A stretch of 64,000 nucleotides of DNA, taken from IMG/VR virus record IMGVR_UViG_3300028887_000067, positions 96,001-160,000 of that record. The stretch is one strand, 5' to 3'. The position numbers and the translations under genes are program-made. This DNA comes from a virus (Duplodnaviria; Caudoviricetes). A model generated the notes under the pieces. The model worked only from the letters and a program-made list of their open reading frames with translations. It searched no databases and had not been told where the DNA came from. This document shows positions 49,097 to 58,811 of this stretch, in pieces; the stretch's first letter is position 1; each line of letters begins with the position of its first letter.

Positions 49097-51047
49097 CGCT
49101 AAGAAAAGGATGGAATGCGAGAAGCCGCGAAATGCGGCGAGCGATGGTGTACAGGCCTCTGTCAACAGCTCTGTCGTGTCTTCGCCCACCCCGTCGACGT
49201 CCTCTCAGATGGCCGGTACCAGTGGCTATCCGGTGAAGCCGGGGTTCGTGTCCGCGCTCGATTCCGGCGTAAACACTATTATGGATAGTGCCGAACGGGT
49301 CGCTGCCGCTATGGACGTCGGTACGAGACGCCTGAATGCCATCGACTGCAGTGACGCCCTGTACGAGTATATCATGGCGAAGCTCCCTCCTGTATGCACA
49401 TCGTTGCTGAATGGTGGAAAGTCGTTCATGAACAACGCCACCAATTTCGCGCACGGAATTACATCTGGGGCGTCGATAGGAAACCTCATACGGACTCCGG
49501 ATTTTGTAAAAAATGTGTGCTCCTTCATCGAGATGTGGGGAGGCACCATCGACGGATGGCTCGATGTCGTGGCCAAGGCCGCCATCGTCCTGTTCAAGAA
49601 AATCGACGCCGCCAGGGAACGTCTCGAGGATGCTACGCTTGACTTTACTGAAGCGGTGCGCAACTGCGTGCTCGACGTGATAAATGCGATACAGGACAAG
49701 CTCAACGGACTACTCAATTTCTCGATGGCCATCAACTGGGATGACCTTGGAAAGTACATGAACCAGTGCCCGTGTCTGGCAAAGGTCATCGCAACCCTTA
49801 CTGGCTGTACTAAGGACGCCGACGGAAATTCCACCGATGGAAGGCCTTGGGCCGTCATCGCCTGTATCAAGGACAAGTTTTCTTTCCTTAATGTCGAAGA
49901 TCTTAAATTCGGTCTCGACACGATGATAACGAAATATATCAAGAATTTCATCAACAAGGTGTTCAACCTGATCGATTCGTGGGTGGTGTATGTTTATCGG
50001 TTGCTCATACGCCCGTTGCGCAGCTTGATAAAGGCTTACGCGAAGCTGCTTACAAAGAAGATGAATGTCAACGCGTTCATCGATATGGTTGGCCCGTTTG
50101 AGTGCTTCTTCGTCTACACCAAGGAATATGACCACGGCTCGTCCTACTATGGGATGTCCGCAGTCGACATGATCAAAACTTACAAGGGATGGGTGAGCTG
50201 TCTGGAAATAGCCTGCCCTAACCTGTCTGAGAAGATAAAGAACCGGACGAAGCAACTTTACAAGGACTTGCGCCTCGAGGATAAGTATTGGCGTCGGGCG
50301 ATGGAGGCCGACATATACACTTGCTGTCTTGCCATAGAGCTTGACGCGCCTACCGCAAGGGAAAGCGTCCTCCGACAGCTTTACAAGGAGAACCCGTGGG
50401 ATACCCTCATGTCCTGGATTCGCAAGGCGAAAAACAAGGACGACAAGGTTTCGCATGCCGAGGAAGAGGCGGAGAAGTACGACGAGAGTCGCCCGTTCAC
50501 GTTTACTGATTTCCACGGGTCGGAAATGCCGGTGCAGTCACCCGTGAAGGAGTCCGTTACTTTCACCTATTCGTCGGACACGGAAAACGAAGTCCAGACT
50601 GGCCCGCTCAAGATTTCATCCGACGAGGAGGAATCGTTGAAGATGATTCTGGACAGCATGTTCTCGCAGAAAGACGATTCGTACTACGTCGAGCACATGT
50701 ACCAGCTGATCCGCTTCACCAACAAGTACGCGACTTCGAAAGGGTATGTCGAGTTCGCGTCAGGGAAGCTTGACGGGATAGAGTCGCTTACCGGAGACTA
50801 TTCCCAGACCGATACCGGCATGAACGAGAGCGCGTCTAGGTCGCCATACTACGTGGACGACCCTACCGGTTACGCCACTGCTGACGGGTCGGTTACTACG
50901 CCGGCGCTCGTGGCCACTTATGACATCAGGAACGATTTTGACCCGGCCCGTTCTGACAAGATATCGTTGTACAAGTTTACCCCGAAGGGACGCGACGAGG
51001 CTCTTTCGGACTATTACGCCAGGATGTACTCGTCGGCGACGGCATAG
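49089..51047 (+). CDS. hypothetical helical, Cys-rich protein in the baseplate module
   Basis: 652-aa ORF overlapping the gp5-like gene. Confidence 0.7.
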   Translation: MADAKKRMECEKPRNAASDGVQASVNSSVVSSPTPSTSSQMAGTSGYPVKPGFVSALDSGVNTIMDSAERVAAAMDVGTRRLNAIDCSDALYEYIMAKLPPVCTSLLNGGKSFMNNATNFAHGITSGASIGNLIRTPDFVKNVCSFIEMWGGTIDGWLDVVAKAAIVLFKKIDAARERLEDATLDFTEAVRNCVLDVINAIQDKLNGLLNFSMAINWDDLGKYMNQCPCLAKVIATLTGCTKDADGNSTDGRPWAVIACIKDKFSFLNVEDLKFGLDTMITKYIKNFINKVFNLIDSWVVYVYRLLIRPLRSLIKAYAKLLTKKMNVNAFIDMVGPFECFFVYTKEYDHGSSYYGMSAVDMIKTYKGWVSCLEIACPNLSEKIKNRTKQLYKDLRLEDKYWRRAMEADIYTCCLAIELDAPTARESVLRQLYKENPWDTLMSWIRKAKNKDDKVSHAEEEAEKYDESRPFTFTDFHGSEMPVQSPVKESVTFTYSSDTENEVQTGPLKISSDEEESLKMILDSMFSQKDDSYYVEHMYQLIRFTNKYATSKGYVEFASGKLDGIESLTGDYSQTDTGMNESASRSPYYVDDPTGYATADGSVTTPALVATYDIRNDFDPARSDKISLYKFTPKGRDEALSDYYARMYSSATA

Positions 51048-51049
51048 CT

Positions 51050-51580
51050 ATGACTAAGAACTACTATACGGACTGCAGTAAGGGACGCTACGACCTCCTC
51101 CATCCGGAGAAGTATATGCCGAACGCGCCCACTCCTTGGTACAAGTCCGCCTGGGAAAAGAAGATGTTCATCCTGTGTGACGTGCATCCGATGATCACCC
51201 TGTGGGGTTACGAGCCGCCTCCGATATCCATTGTCTATATGTCGCCGAAGTTCCAGAAGCTGGCCACGTACAAGCCCGACCTTTATGTCGAGGTGACGGA
51301 CGCGGACGGGGCCAAGAGCAAGTACCTGATAGAAATCAAGCCGACGACGTATTCGGTGGTTCCCAAGATGCCGCACCCTCCGGCGAACCAGGCCGACGAG
51401 GCCGCTTGGGAACGGTACAGGAAGCGCAAGGTGTCCTACGAGACCAAGCTCATGGACGTTATGGTGAACCACGCCAAGTGGGCCGCTGCCGAGGAATGGT
51501 GCCGTCAGAGGGGCGTGAACTGGTTCATTGCCAACGAAAAGAATATGGGCCACCTGTTCGATTGTAACGTTCACTTCTGA
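51050..51580 (+). CDS. gp4-like head completion protein (TnsA-like nuclease fold)
   Basis: PEKY, YKSAWE, W..E, Y.PD, IEIKP, VNHAKW.AA..WC. Confidence 0.88.
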   Translation: MTKNYYTDCSKGRYDLLHPEKYMPNAPTPWYKSAWEKKMFILCDVHPMITLWGYEPPPISIVYMSPKFQKLATYKPDLYVEVTDADGAKSKYLIEIKPTTYSVVPKMPHPPANQADEAAWERYRKRKVSYETKLMDVMVNHAKWAAAEEWCRQRGVNWFIANEKNMGHLFDCNVHF

Positions 51581-51621
51581 TTTTGATGTAATTTAACACA
51601 TAACCAAGGATTTACGATACG

Positions 51622-52047
51622 ATGTCTTGTTGCAGTGATGCGGCGGTCATCAACGGCGGTTATACCCCGTTGAGTCAGCGACTGCTCGAATACGGTATGG
51701 ACGCCTACAGTGACCTCGCGCCGAACAGGCAACGGGTCATTATGTGGGTATTCATATTCTACGACCAGAACGACCAGTGCCCCACTTGCAAGCAGGCCTT
51801 CGACGGCATGTTCTCGTGGTTCAACAAGTACCACTTGCTGGACGACCCCGTGAGATGCGTCCGGACCGTCGTCGAGCCGGAGCCGGAAAAGAACCTGATC
51901 TTCGTTGACAGGGGCTCGCGGAAGCTGCCGATGGTATTGTTCTGCAACGAGAAGGGAATGATTTTTGACGAACTGTTCGAGTTCCCAGGGGCGAAATGGC
52001 TCGAGGAATACATCTTGCCGTATATCCAAAATGATGGACGTTTGTGA
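51622..52047 (+). CDS. thioredoxin-fold protein
   Basis: FY....CPTC, later LPMVLF cis-Pro strand; preceded by TGATGTAAT. Confidence 0.65.
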   Translation: MSCCSDAAVINGGYTPLSQRLLEYGMDAYSDLAPNRQRVIMWVFIFYDQNDQCPTCKQAFDGMFSWFNKYHLLDDPVRCVRTVVEPEPEKNLIFVDRGSRKLPMVLFCNEKGMIFDELFEFPGAKWLEEYILPYIQNDGRL

Positions 52048-53093
52048 TGGAGAACAAGAATACTATTTATATCATGGGTTACAGCCTTGACGCGGTCATC
52101 GAGGCCGTTCGACGTAAGATGAACGGCGACTCGGTTCATTTCCTAGCCACGGCCCATCTGGGCGAACCGCTCGACCGGTTCAACGATATGCTGTCGGCCA
52201 GGACGGTCGCGTTACTTAACGTCATTTCGCCCGTTAAGGTCGAGTACAAGGAATATCATAATCCACGGTTTCTCTACATTCCTTACGACAAGGTCCGCAT
52301 CAAGAACACCAACAACGGCATCATCCAGTTCCCGCTCAACAAGAACTCGTTCGAGGACGAGGCCGAGTGGAAGGGCATCTGCGACGCCTTCAACAAGGAG
52401 CCGGTGAGCTCCGTGCTTGCCGACAAGGGTAACCTTCCCTCCAAGCTGGTTAGCGCGATGAAGGCCAATATGCCCGTAGCCTTTGTCGATACCTTCTGCA
52501 AGGCGATGGGCATGACCAGGTGGCGCGGGATTCAGCTTTCGCACCTGACTATGATTGGCTTCCACTACGAATACCCGTTCTCCTTCCTATGTACCGACTA
52601 TACCGAGACATTCTACAGGCCGAACATGAGTTACGAGGAAATGTGTAACGGCATGCTCGCATCGCTCGGGATTCCTATTACCTATGTCAACGCGAAGGCC
52701 TGTTCCAGCATGATTCTGGATAGGAAGTTCACCGACCCCCTCATCATAATGGACAACAGGGTCGACGCCTACCTCAATTACATATGTGGCCGGTTTGACC
52801 GCATCCGCATGTTGTCGGAACAGGTCAAGATGCCGCCACAGCTTGCGACCGGCCGTAACGGCCTCTACTACACTCCGTACAGCACCGATTTCTGGGGAGT
52901 GATAATCATCGACGACAAGGCGTTCAAGCTCACATCGGAACTCGTGACTACTCTGTATGACACGTTCCTGTCCGAAATTCCGCTGAGTCGCACAAACGCC
53001 AAGATGTACAACCAGTACGAGACGATGGTCAAATTCTACGGCCAAAACAAAACGCTGGACGTTCGCCAGCGCGTAGAAACAATGGTGAAATAA
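52044..53093 (+). CDS. divergent UDP-galactopyranose mutase (Glf)-like protein
   Basis: FPLN.NSF, RW.G..L, P..SYEEM...ML, VDAYLNY..G, N..MY..Y pattern of Glf; N-terminal IMGYSLDA lacks the GxGxxG motif. Confidence 0.5.
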   Translation: MMENKNTIYIMGYSLDAVIEAVRRKMNGDSVHFLATAHLGEPLDRFNDMLSARTVALLNVISPVKVEYKEYHNPRFLYIPYDKVRIKNTNNGIIQFPLNKNSFEDEAEWKGICDAFNKEPVSSVLADKGNLPSKLVSAMKANMPVAFVDTFCKAMGMTRWRGIQLSHLTMIGFHYEYPFSFLCTDYTETFYRPNMSYEEMCNGMLASLGIPITYVNAKACSSMILDRKFTDPLIIMDNRVDAYLNYICGRFDRIRMLSEQVKMPPQLATGRNGLYYTPYSTDFWGVIIIDDKAFKLTSELVTTLYDTFLSEIPLSRTNAKMYNQYETMVKFYGQNKTLDVRQRVETMVK

Positions 53094-54107
53094 TTAGTCG
53101 TCCTTCTTCTTGAAGCTCCGGAGCCCGTACTCGTTGTAATAATCGGACGGGTCGAACGTCTCGTACGTGTACGCCTTCGCCGTGTACTGGAGTTGCTTGT
53201 AGCTGTCCTCGTAGAAGGATTTTCTGTACGTGTTCATGTTCGTGTTCGGGTCCATTGCGTTCTGGTCGGATCCGTCCCTCGTGTTGTCGCGCAAGTACCG
53301 CAACTGATTCTTGAAAGACCCGTGGAAGGCGTTTGGGTAGCTGAACCCCACGGTGAACTTGCATGGATTCGTCTCGCTGAAGCTCACCGTAACATCGGGA
53401 GAGTTCTTCAAGACGGCCGAATTGAACTCGAACATCTGGTTCAGCGCGATGTCGGTTACGAACGGGTTGCTTTCCGTTGCGTAGGCCCCGTTGCCGCTCC
53501 GCTGCATCGTGGTGGATTCCGAATACACGTCCACGGCGACGTTGATCTTGTGCCAGGTGCTACGAGCCTTCAACACCAGCGGACTGAACTGCACGTTGAA
53601 TAGTGCGTTAAAAAACTGGTACCACATCATATACGGGTCATCGACTATCGAGAGATTCAGCACTTTCGGGCCTTCGTCGCCGTTGACCAACGGGTACTTC
53701 ATTTGCTTCGTCGTGTCGATGCCGCCGTAGTTCACAATCTTTGCCGTGTTGCCGATAATCTTCGCCGACTCGCAGGCCCAGTACATGTTGAGAACCTTGT
53801 TGTTTCGGTCATAGAACAGGTCGAGCCAGTCGTTGAACGCGTATTTCCAGTGAAGGTCGCCCGTGCCGTGGAATGTCTTCGTCGAAGATATGTTGTACTT
53901 GTCGGCATAGGCGTTTCTGTCCATGACGCGCAACGCCTCCGAGACATAATCGCCCCAGAAGCCGACGCAGTATTTGTTCAGAAGGTGTCCACGTGCGGAC
54001 GCGTAGAACTTTTCCATATAGTAGGAGAGGTAGGATTCGCCCGACACGTCGCGACGGGCCGTATCACCGAGCCCGGATGCAGTCCCGTTCATGTAGTTCG
54101 TCGGCAT
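53094..54107 (-). CDS. tail-tube-fold baseplate protein (gp54-like), putative
   Basis: WACES, LNLSIVDD, F.F.SAV...PDV..S, FTVGFSY tube-family pattern. Confidence 0.5.
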   Translation of the reverse strand: MPTNYMNGTASGLGDTARRDVSGESYLSYYMEKFYASARGHLLNKYCVGFWGDYVSEALRVMDRNAYADKYNISSTKTFHGTGDLHWKYAFNDWLDLFYDRNNKVLNMYWACESAKIIGNTAKIVNYGGIDTTKQMKYPLVNGDEGPKVLNLSIVDDPYMMWYQFFNALFNVQFSPLVLKARSTWHKINVAVDVYSESTTMQRSGNGAYATESNPFVTDIALNQMFEFNSAVLKNSPDVTVSFSETNPCKFTVGFSYPNAFHGSFKNQLRYLRDNTRDGSDQNAMDPNTNMNTYRKSFYEDSYKQLQYTAKAYTYETFDPSDYYNEYGLRSFKKKDD

Positions 54108-54116
54108 ATCCTATCC

Positions 54117-54812
54117 TCACTTGTCGTAATAACTGTCTGACCCGTACGACACACAAATCGCGTCCATCAGTTCGTTCGGGTCCGGAAGCCTGATGAGGCG
54201 CCTGTCCTCGAACTTTATCGTCAGGTTGAAAGGCACCGTCTGCAGGACACCCGGCTTGAACTTGAGCGGCCCGATCGCCGTGAAATGGCAACGTTCCAGA
54301 CGGACAATCATATACTCCTGCGCGACGTCGTCGGCTAGGTGCATATCGATCCACTGGACATACGTGAGCCTGTTGCGGTAACGCTTGTCGTAGCCGTAGA
54401 CCCTGTGGTTACGGTCTTTGACGGGGTCGGCGTCGGTCTGTCCGCTCTGGACGGTCTCCATGTACCGGTTGATTCCCCAGTAGTTCTCGTAGTGGTTGTC
54501 GGTCAGCATGGTGACGGAAATCGTCTCGTCGTACTGGTTGTCTTCCTGCGTCGGGATGTAGGTCACGAACTTGTAGTGGCCTTCCCTTTGTAGGGAACAC
54601 TGGAGGCCGGGGCAGTACCAGTCCTGGATGTTGGCGTTGATGGTTTCCTGGGCGTCGGTGGTGTACGGGTCGGTTACGCTCTTGCGCCCCTCCTCGTAGT
54701 TTACGGGAAGTTCCGATATGCGCAGACGGCCGAACCCCTGATGCACGGGCACGGGGTTTCTTGCCAGCCGTCTGGCGTGTTGCTGGAGCTCTTCTAGTGC
54801 GCCCTGCGCCAT
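54117..54812 (-). CDS. gp3-like tail completion / tube terminator
   Basis: IQDWYCPGL, ISVTMLTDNHYENY..I..YM, IGPLKF, FNLTIKF resemble gp3. Confidence 0.6.
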   Translation of the reverse strand: MAQGALEELQQHARRLARNPVPVHQGFGRLRISELPVNYEEGRKSVTDPYTTDAQETINANIQDWYCPGLQCSLQREGHYKFVTYIPTQEDNQYDETISVTMLTDNHYENYWGINRYMETVQSGQTDADPVKDRNHRVYGYDKRYRNRLTYVQWIDMHLADDVAQEYMIVRLERCHFTAIGPLKFKPGVLQTVPFNLTIKFEDRRLIRLPDPNELMDAICVSYGSDSYYDK

Positions 54813-54824
54813 GATGGGCCCCGC

Positions 54825-55652
54825 TTACTTGGCGGTTTCGAGTTTCTTCGGCTTGACCGCGCCTGACTTGTCGGGAAGTGTATTGCCCTTGGACGGGATG
54901 GCGTCCTTCACGACGACCTTTGTACCCGGTAGCTCGGGCATCTTGGTCGGCGCCTTGTCCTTCACGACGACGGTCGCGCCGGACATGTCGATAATCTTTG
55001 GCTTCTTGTCGATCTTGCCGAGCCCGTCCTTCGGCTTCACGGCGCCGGTCTTGTCCGGCAGCTTGTTGTCCTTGGACGGGATGGCGTCCTTCACGACGAC
55101 GGTCGTACCGGACATGTCGACAATCTTCGGCTTCTTGTCGATCTTGCCGAGGCCGTCCTTCGGCTCAACGGCGCCGGTCTTGTCCGGCAGCTTGGTGGCC
55201 GAGGTCTTTGCCATCTCGCGGAACAGGCCCAGTTCCTCGGTGGTCGAGGTGGTCTTTCCGTTGATGCCGGTCACCTTCGTGGTCTGCAGTGCCTTGATGG
55301 CGCTCGCAACCTTTTCCGGAGTCGGGATCTTGTCGCCGTTCTTCACCTCGAGACGCCCGAACTTGTCGCCGTCGCCGGTGTTGGCGCTCGCCTTGCTCTT
55401 CATGTTGCTCTTGAAGTCGTCCCACGCCGTGATAACGTCGGATGCGCGGAAATCGTTCTTGGGCTTCACGACGCCGGTCTTGTCGGAAACGACGTTGGAG
55501 TTCTTCTTGGCCTTGGCCTCGGTAAGCGGCTGGCAGAACGGGAAGATGTCGTGGACACCTATTGTGTTGTCAGTCTTGCTCGGTTGTTTCTTGGCCTCCA
55601 AGATGACCTTTGCAAGCTCGGTTTCGTTGGGCAAATCAAACATATCGTACAT
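54825..55652 (-). CDS. Lys-rich repeat-containing late protein
   Basis: TATAAACT at 55681-55688 (minus); internal ~43-aa repeats. Confidence 0.7.
   Translation of the reverse strand: MYDMFDLPNETELAKVILEAKKQPSKTDNTIGVHDIFPFCQPLTEAKAKKNSNVVSDKTGVVKPKNDFRASDVITAWDDFKSNMKSKASANTGDGDKFGRLEVKNGDKIPTPEKVASAIKALQTTKVTGINGKTTSTTEELGLFREMAKTSATKLPDKTGAVEPKDGLGKIDKKPKIVDMSGTTVVVKDAIPSKDNKLPDKTGAVKPKDGLGKIDKKPKIIDMSGATVVVKDKAPTKMPELPGTKVVVKDAIPSKGNTLPDKSGAVKPKKLETAK
54850..55195 (-). repeat. coding tandem repeat, ~129-bp unit, about 2.5 imperfect copies
   Basis: KLPDKTGAV(E/K)PKDGLGKIDKKPKI(V/I)DMSG(T/A)TVVVKD repeated, then VVVKDAIPSK..LPDKSGAVKPK. Confidence 0.85.
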
Positions 55653-55680
55653 GGTTGACCTTTATAGTGCTTTACCTCCT

Positions 55681-55718
55681 AGTTTATATCGAGGTTTGTC
55701 TGTTTAAAGTCATAAACT
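55681..55718. promoter_or_regulatory. divergent pair of late-type promoters
   Basis: AGTTTATA (55681-55688) and CATAAACT (55711-55718). Confidence 0.7.
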
Positions 55719-55736
55719 ACGGGCAGAGGTCTACCG

Positions 55737-56840
55737 ATGAAAGCCAAGAAAGTAGCGGGAATCCGTCTTATCAACTATATCAATGCTGGGATAACGTGGG
55801 ATTCCCATAAGGACATCATACTTGATTTCTGGATCCTCAACAAGTGTCGCGAGGACGGGTTTGCCCCGCACGACTTCGACGGCATATCCCGTGTGGTCGA
55901 CCTGCCTACCGTGGCACAGAAGAAGTTTGCCGAGTGGTTCGCCAAGTACGACTTCCAGAATGAAGACCCGCAATGGATAAGCTTTGTAAACGGCACGCTT
56001 AACTTATTTTACCACACGTCGGAACCTCGCGAAGAGGAAGACGGCGAATGGTACATCGAGCTGATGCAGTCCGAGTTGGAGGCGCGTACAATCTGCGAGA
56101 CGCAGGTGTACCACGGGCTCCCGAACCTCAATACGTTCTGGAAAGTTGACACTAACTCGAAGACCGAGGAAGTCGGTGGACGCCGTAATGGCTACATCTA
56201 CACCGTGAAGCTGAAGGAACTTAGCCCGGTCGACACGAAGAATTTCTACTGGGGCGTCGTGTTTCAGTGCGACGAGACCGTTAGCCTGGCGTATAATGAC
56301 CACGGGGAGACCAAGCGCAAGTGCATCAACTGGGCCGCGAACGCGGAACACATGACACTGGTGCAGGTGAACGCCGACGGGCGACTGAAGATTGTGCCGG
56401 TGAAGGTTCCGGGCAAGTCATGGCGTGCCGACCGAAACGTACCCGAGGGTATCGTCAATATGAACCCTATGTCCCCGTCGGCTCTCCACAGCTATATCGT
56501 TGCGCACTATGATAACTTGTACGGCGTGTGGGATAGAATCGACGAGGTCGTGAAGACTGCCCGTGAAAACACCACGGCCCGTATTAACGCGCTCAACACG
56601 ATGAACGACGAAGAGGTCAAGGTGTCCAAGGTAATCGGCAATCTGGACAAGTTCATCAAGGAAGGTAACGTCACCCCCGAGCGACTGGAATACAACAAGG
56701 AAGTGCGAAAGGCGCTGCTGAAGAAGTTGCGCATTCGGGACAAGGAAGAAAAGAAGGAACTGCGCGACATCGTCAAGGCGGAGAAGCGCAAGGAAGAGGC
56801 GAAGCACAACAAGTTCCACGTCTCAAGTCAGCTGACATAA
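55737..56840 (+). CDS. hypothetical protein with basic coiled-coil C-terminus
   Basis: 367 aa; GAGG RBS. Confidence 0.7.
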   Translation: MKAKKVAGIRLINYINAGITWDSHKDIILDFWILNKCREDGFAPHDFDGISRVVDLPTVAQKKFAEWFAKYDFQNEDPQWISFVNGTLNLFYHTSEPREEEDGEWYIELMQSELEARTICETQVYHGLPNLNTFWKVDTNSKTEEVGGRRNGYIYTVKLKELSPVDTKNFYWGVVFQCDETVSLAYNDHGETKRKCINWAANAEHMTLVQVNADGRLKIVPVKVPGKSWRADRNVPEGIVNMNPMSPSALHSYIVAHYDNLYGVWDRIDEVVKTARENTTARINALNTMNDEEVKVSKVIGNLDKFIKEGNVTPERLEYNKEVRKALLKKLRIRDKEEKKELRDIVKAEKRKEEAKHNKFHVSSQLT

Positions 56841-56841
56841 G

Positions 56842-56867
56842 AAAAGGCGGTCATCGGCCGCCTCTTT
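56842..56867. terminator. bidirectional terminator between convergent genes
   Basis: AAAAGGCGGTC-ATC-GGCCGCCTCTTT. Confidence 0.7.
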
Positions 56868-56869
56868 CG

Positions 56870-57253
56870 TTAAATGATATCTTCCGGCAACGGTTCGTCG
56901 GGAAGCGGTGGTTCGCCGTCTCCCGGTAGGTTTGCGAAGTCGTCCTCCTTGGGAAGGTCGATCGCCATCGGCTTTAGTTTGGCGACGTCTTTCGCCACGG
57001 CGTTAACGATTTCGTCCTCCTGTTCAGGGAGCGAGTTGTCCCCGTCTATTCCCGCCTTCGCCGCAAGGCCGACAACCTTGGTTCCATCGTCGACCTCGTT
57101 GGGATTCTCGCCGACGGTCGCCTTGAGGCGTGCTACCGCGTCCTTGCTGTCCGGCTGGCCGAAAACGGCCTCGTGTATGCAGATTACGGCGTCGCGCATT
57201 TTCGGGCTTATGGTGTCGAGGACGGGCCGGAGTTCTTCGAGAGATACGTACAT
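56870..57253 (-). CDS. hypothetical acidic protein
   Basis: 127 aa; GGAGG RBS; IHEAVFG motif. Confidence 0.7.
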   Translation of the reverse strand: MYVSLEELRPVLDTISPKMRDAVICIHEAVFGQPDSKDAVARLKATVGENPNEVDDGTKVVGLAAKAGIDGDNSLPEQEDEIVNAVAKDVAKLKPMAIDLPKEDDFANLPGDGEPPLPDEPLPEDII

Positions 57254-57265
57254 GGTCGCCTCCGT

Positions 57266-57538
57266 CTAGATGAACCTGGTGATGTTCGGATTTTGACAGA
57301 TAATGGCAGCGGAGAGCTTCTTGGCCGTCTTTTTCCTGATGCGCACCCGCTTCTTCTTTACCGGAGTGGGGGCCTGCGGTGGCGCCTGCACGGCAGGCTC
57401 CTTGACGACCTTCTTCTCGGCCGGTGCTTCCACCGCCTCGACGGGCGTCTCGTTTTCTTGAATGTCTGTGGACGGGGCGGCGAACAGGGCGTCGTCGAGC
57501 TCGTCGGTGTCGATGGAATTGATTTTTTTCTTTGCCAT
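57266..57538 (-). CDS. hypothetical small protein, possibly leaderless
   Basis: 90 aa; GATAAACT 6 nt before the ATG. Confidence 0.6.
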   Translation of the reverse strand: MAKKKINSIDTDELDDALFAAPSTDIQENETPVEAVEAPAEKKVVKEPAVQAPPQAPTPVKKKRVRIRKKTAKKLSAAIICQNPNITRFI

Positions 57539-57641
57539 GCCCGTAGTTTATCAATTATTTTCTTTAAAATAGTTCCGACTCGGAACGGAATGGACTAATT
57601 TCCTTATTACTGAAGAAAAAATCCTATAGGAGAAAAACCCC

Positions 57642-58208
57642 ATGAGCACAGTTCTCACCATAATCCTTATCGCGGTGGCTGTCGCGCTGGTAATCTACGG
57701 CGCGAAGGCACTGTTTTTCAAGCCGAAGGCTAACGACTTCGTCAGCGTCGACATGTCCACAACCAACACACAGGTCGTCGAAGACGTCCCCGCCGTCACC
57801 GAGCCGGAAATTCCGGTTGTCGAGGCGGACATTGGTTGCACACCCGCTCCCGTTACTGATGATCCCGTTGCCACGGAAGCGGCGCCGGAGACTGCGGTAA
57901 CGGAAGAAGTGGCGAATACTACCGACAGTGTCGAAACTGTCGACGCCCCGATTGGTGACGCCGCCCCTGAAGTGCAGGCCGCCCCTGAAGTGCAGGTCGC
58001 GCCGGCTCCGGTCAAGGCCAAGCGTACCAAGAAGGCCGATACGAAGAAGGCCAAGAAGTCCAAGTTGAAGAAGGCCGAACTCGGCGAAGTCGGCGTGTTC
58101 CTTGCCGGACTCGACAAGACTTCCACCAAGCGTCCCCGCAAGGCTACCAAGAAGGCCAACGTCAAGAAGGCCGACAAGAAGCCTGCCAAGCGCAATAAAA
58201 AGGCCTAG
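57642..58208 (+). CDS. membrane-anchored protein with acidic linker and Lys-rich histone-H1-like tail
   Basis: N-terminal VLTIILIAVAVALVIYG; E/T/P/A-rich middle; KKA-type repeats; AGGAG RBS. Confidence 0.7.
   Translation: MSTVLTIILIAVAVALVIYGAKALFFKPKANDFVSVDMSTTNTQVVEDVPAVTEPEIPVVEADIGCTPAPVTDDPVATEAAPETAVTEEVANTTDSVETVDAPIGDAAPEVQAAPEVQVAPAPVKAKRTKKADTKKAKKSKLKKAELGEVGVFLAGLDKTSTKRPRKATKKANVKKADKKPAKRNKKA
57960..57995 (+). repeat. perfect 18-bp direct duplication (AAPEVQ x2)
   Basis: gccgcccctgaagtgcag twice in tandem. Confidence 0.9.
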
Positions 58209-58255
58209 CCGTTCATTGGCTAGGTCCCGAACCGCTGCCACGCGCAGCGGTTTTG

Positions 58256-58474
58256 TCATTTGTAGCGGTAGGTGATACGTCCCCTGCTCAGGTCGTATGG
58301 CGTGAGCTCGACTATTACCTTGTCGTTCGTCATCACGCGGATGAAATGTTTTTCCATCTTGCCCGATATTCGGGCTATCAGCGTATGCCCGTTGGCCAGC
58401 TCGACCGTGAAGAACCCGTTGCCGCGTTCCTCGACCACGATCCCGTCGACCTGTATGCCAGCTTCCTTAGCCAT
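58256..58474 (-). CDS. infA: translation initiation factor IF-1
   Basis: 72 aa: MAKE..I.V.G.V.E...N..F.VEL.NGH...A.ISGKM...FIR....[19 protein letters not shown]; AGGAG RBS. Confidence 0.93.
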   Translation of the reverse strand: MAKEAGIQVDGIVVEERGNGFFTVELANGHTLIARISGKMEKHFIRVMTNDKVIVELTPYDLSRGRITYRYK

Positions 58475-58811
58475 CTTTCTCCTTCTTGGTTATGCCGGCG
58501 AGCAGTGACTTGATGTAGTCTTCCACGAAAATGAACTCATGGTTGATGCTGGACACGTTGCCGTTCAGCTTCGCGTATAGGAGCACGCTGGTCCGGTTAC
58601 GATACACGTTGCAGGATTGCCTGTCGTGCGAGACCCGGATGGTGACCACATAGTCCGAATAGTCGTAGCCGGGGCCAGTCTTGCAGCCAAGAACGGGCAC
58701 GGACCGCGAATACTTGGTGAGCTTCTCGGCAGCTTCGTTGACCAGCTTCGCGAACGCGAACTGGTCCATGGTGAGCGCCAGCGATGTGAAATCCTTGTTC
58801 ATGCTTGCCAT
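58467..58811 (-). CDS. hypothetical protein co-transcribed with infA
   Basis: 114 aa, overlaps the infA start; GATAAACT 7 nt before the ATG. Confidence 0.6.
   Translation of the reverse strand: MASMNKDFTSLALTMDQFAFAKLVNEAAEKLTKYSRSVPVLGCKTGPGYDYSDYVVTIRVSHDRQSCNVYRNRTSVLLYAKLNGNVSSINHEFIFVEDYIKSLLAGITKKEKDG

Noticed and set aside
51050-51580. TnsA-like nuclease as evidence of a Tn7-type element
   Set aside because: Matches T4 gp4 head-completion motifs; no tnsB/tnsC or transposon ends
54850-55195. Possible CRISPR-like array
   Set aside because: Repeats are in-frame coding duplications without unique spacers
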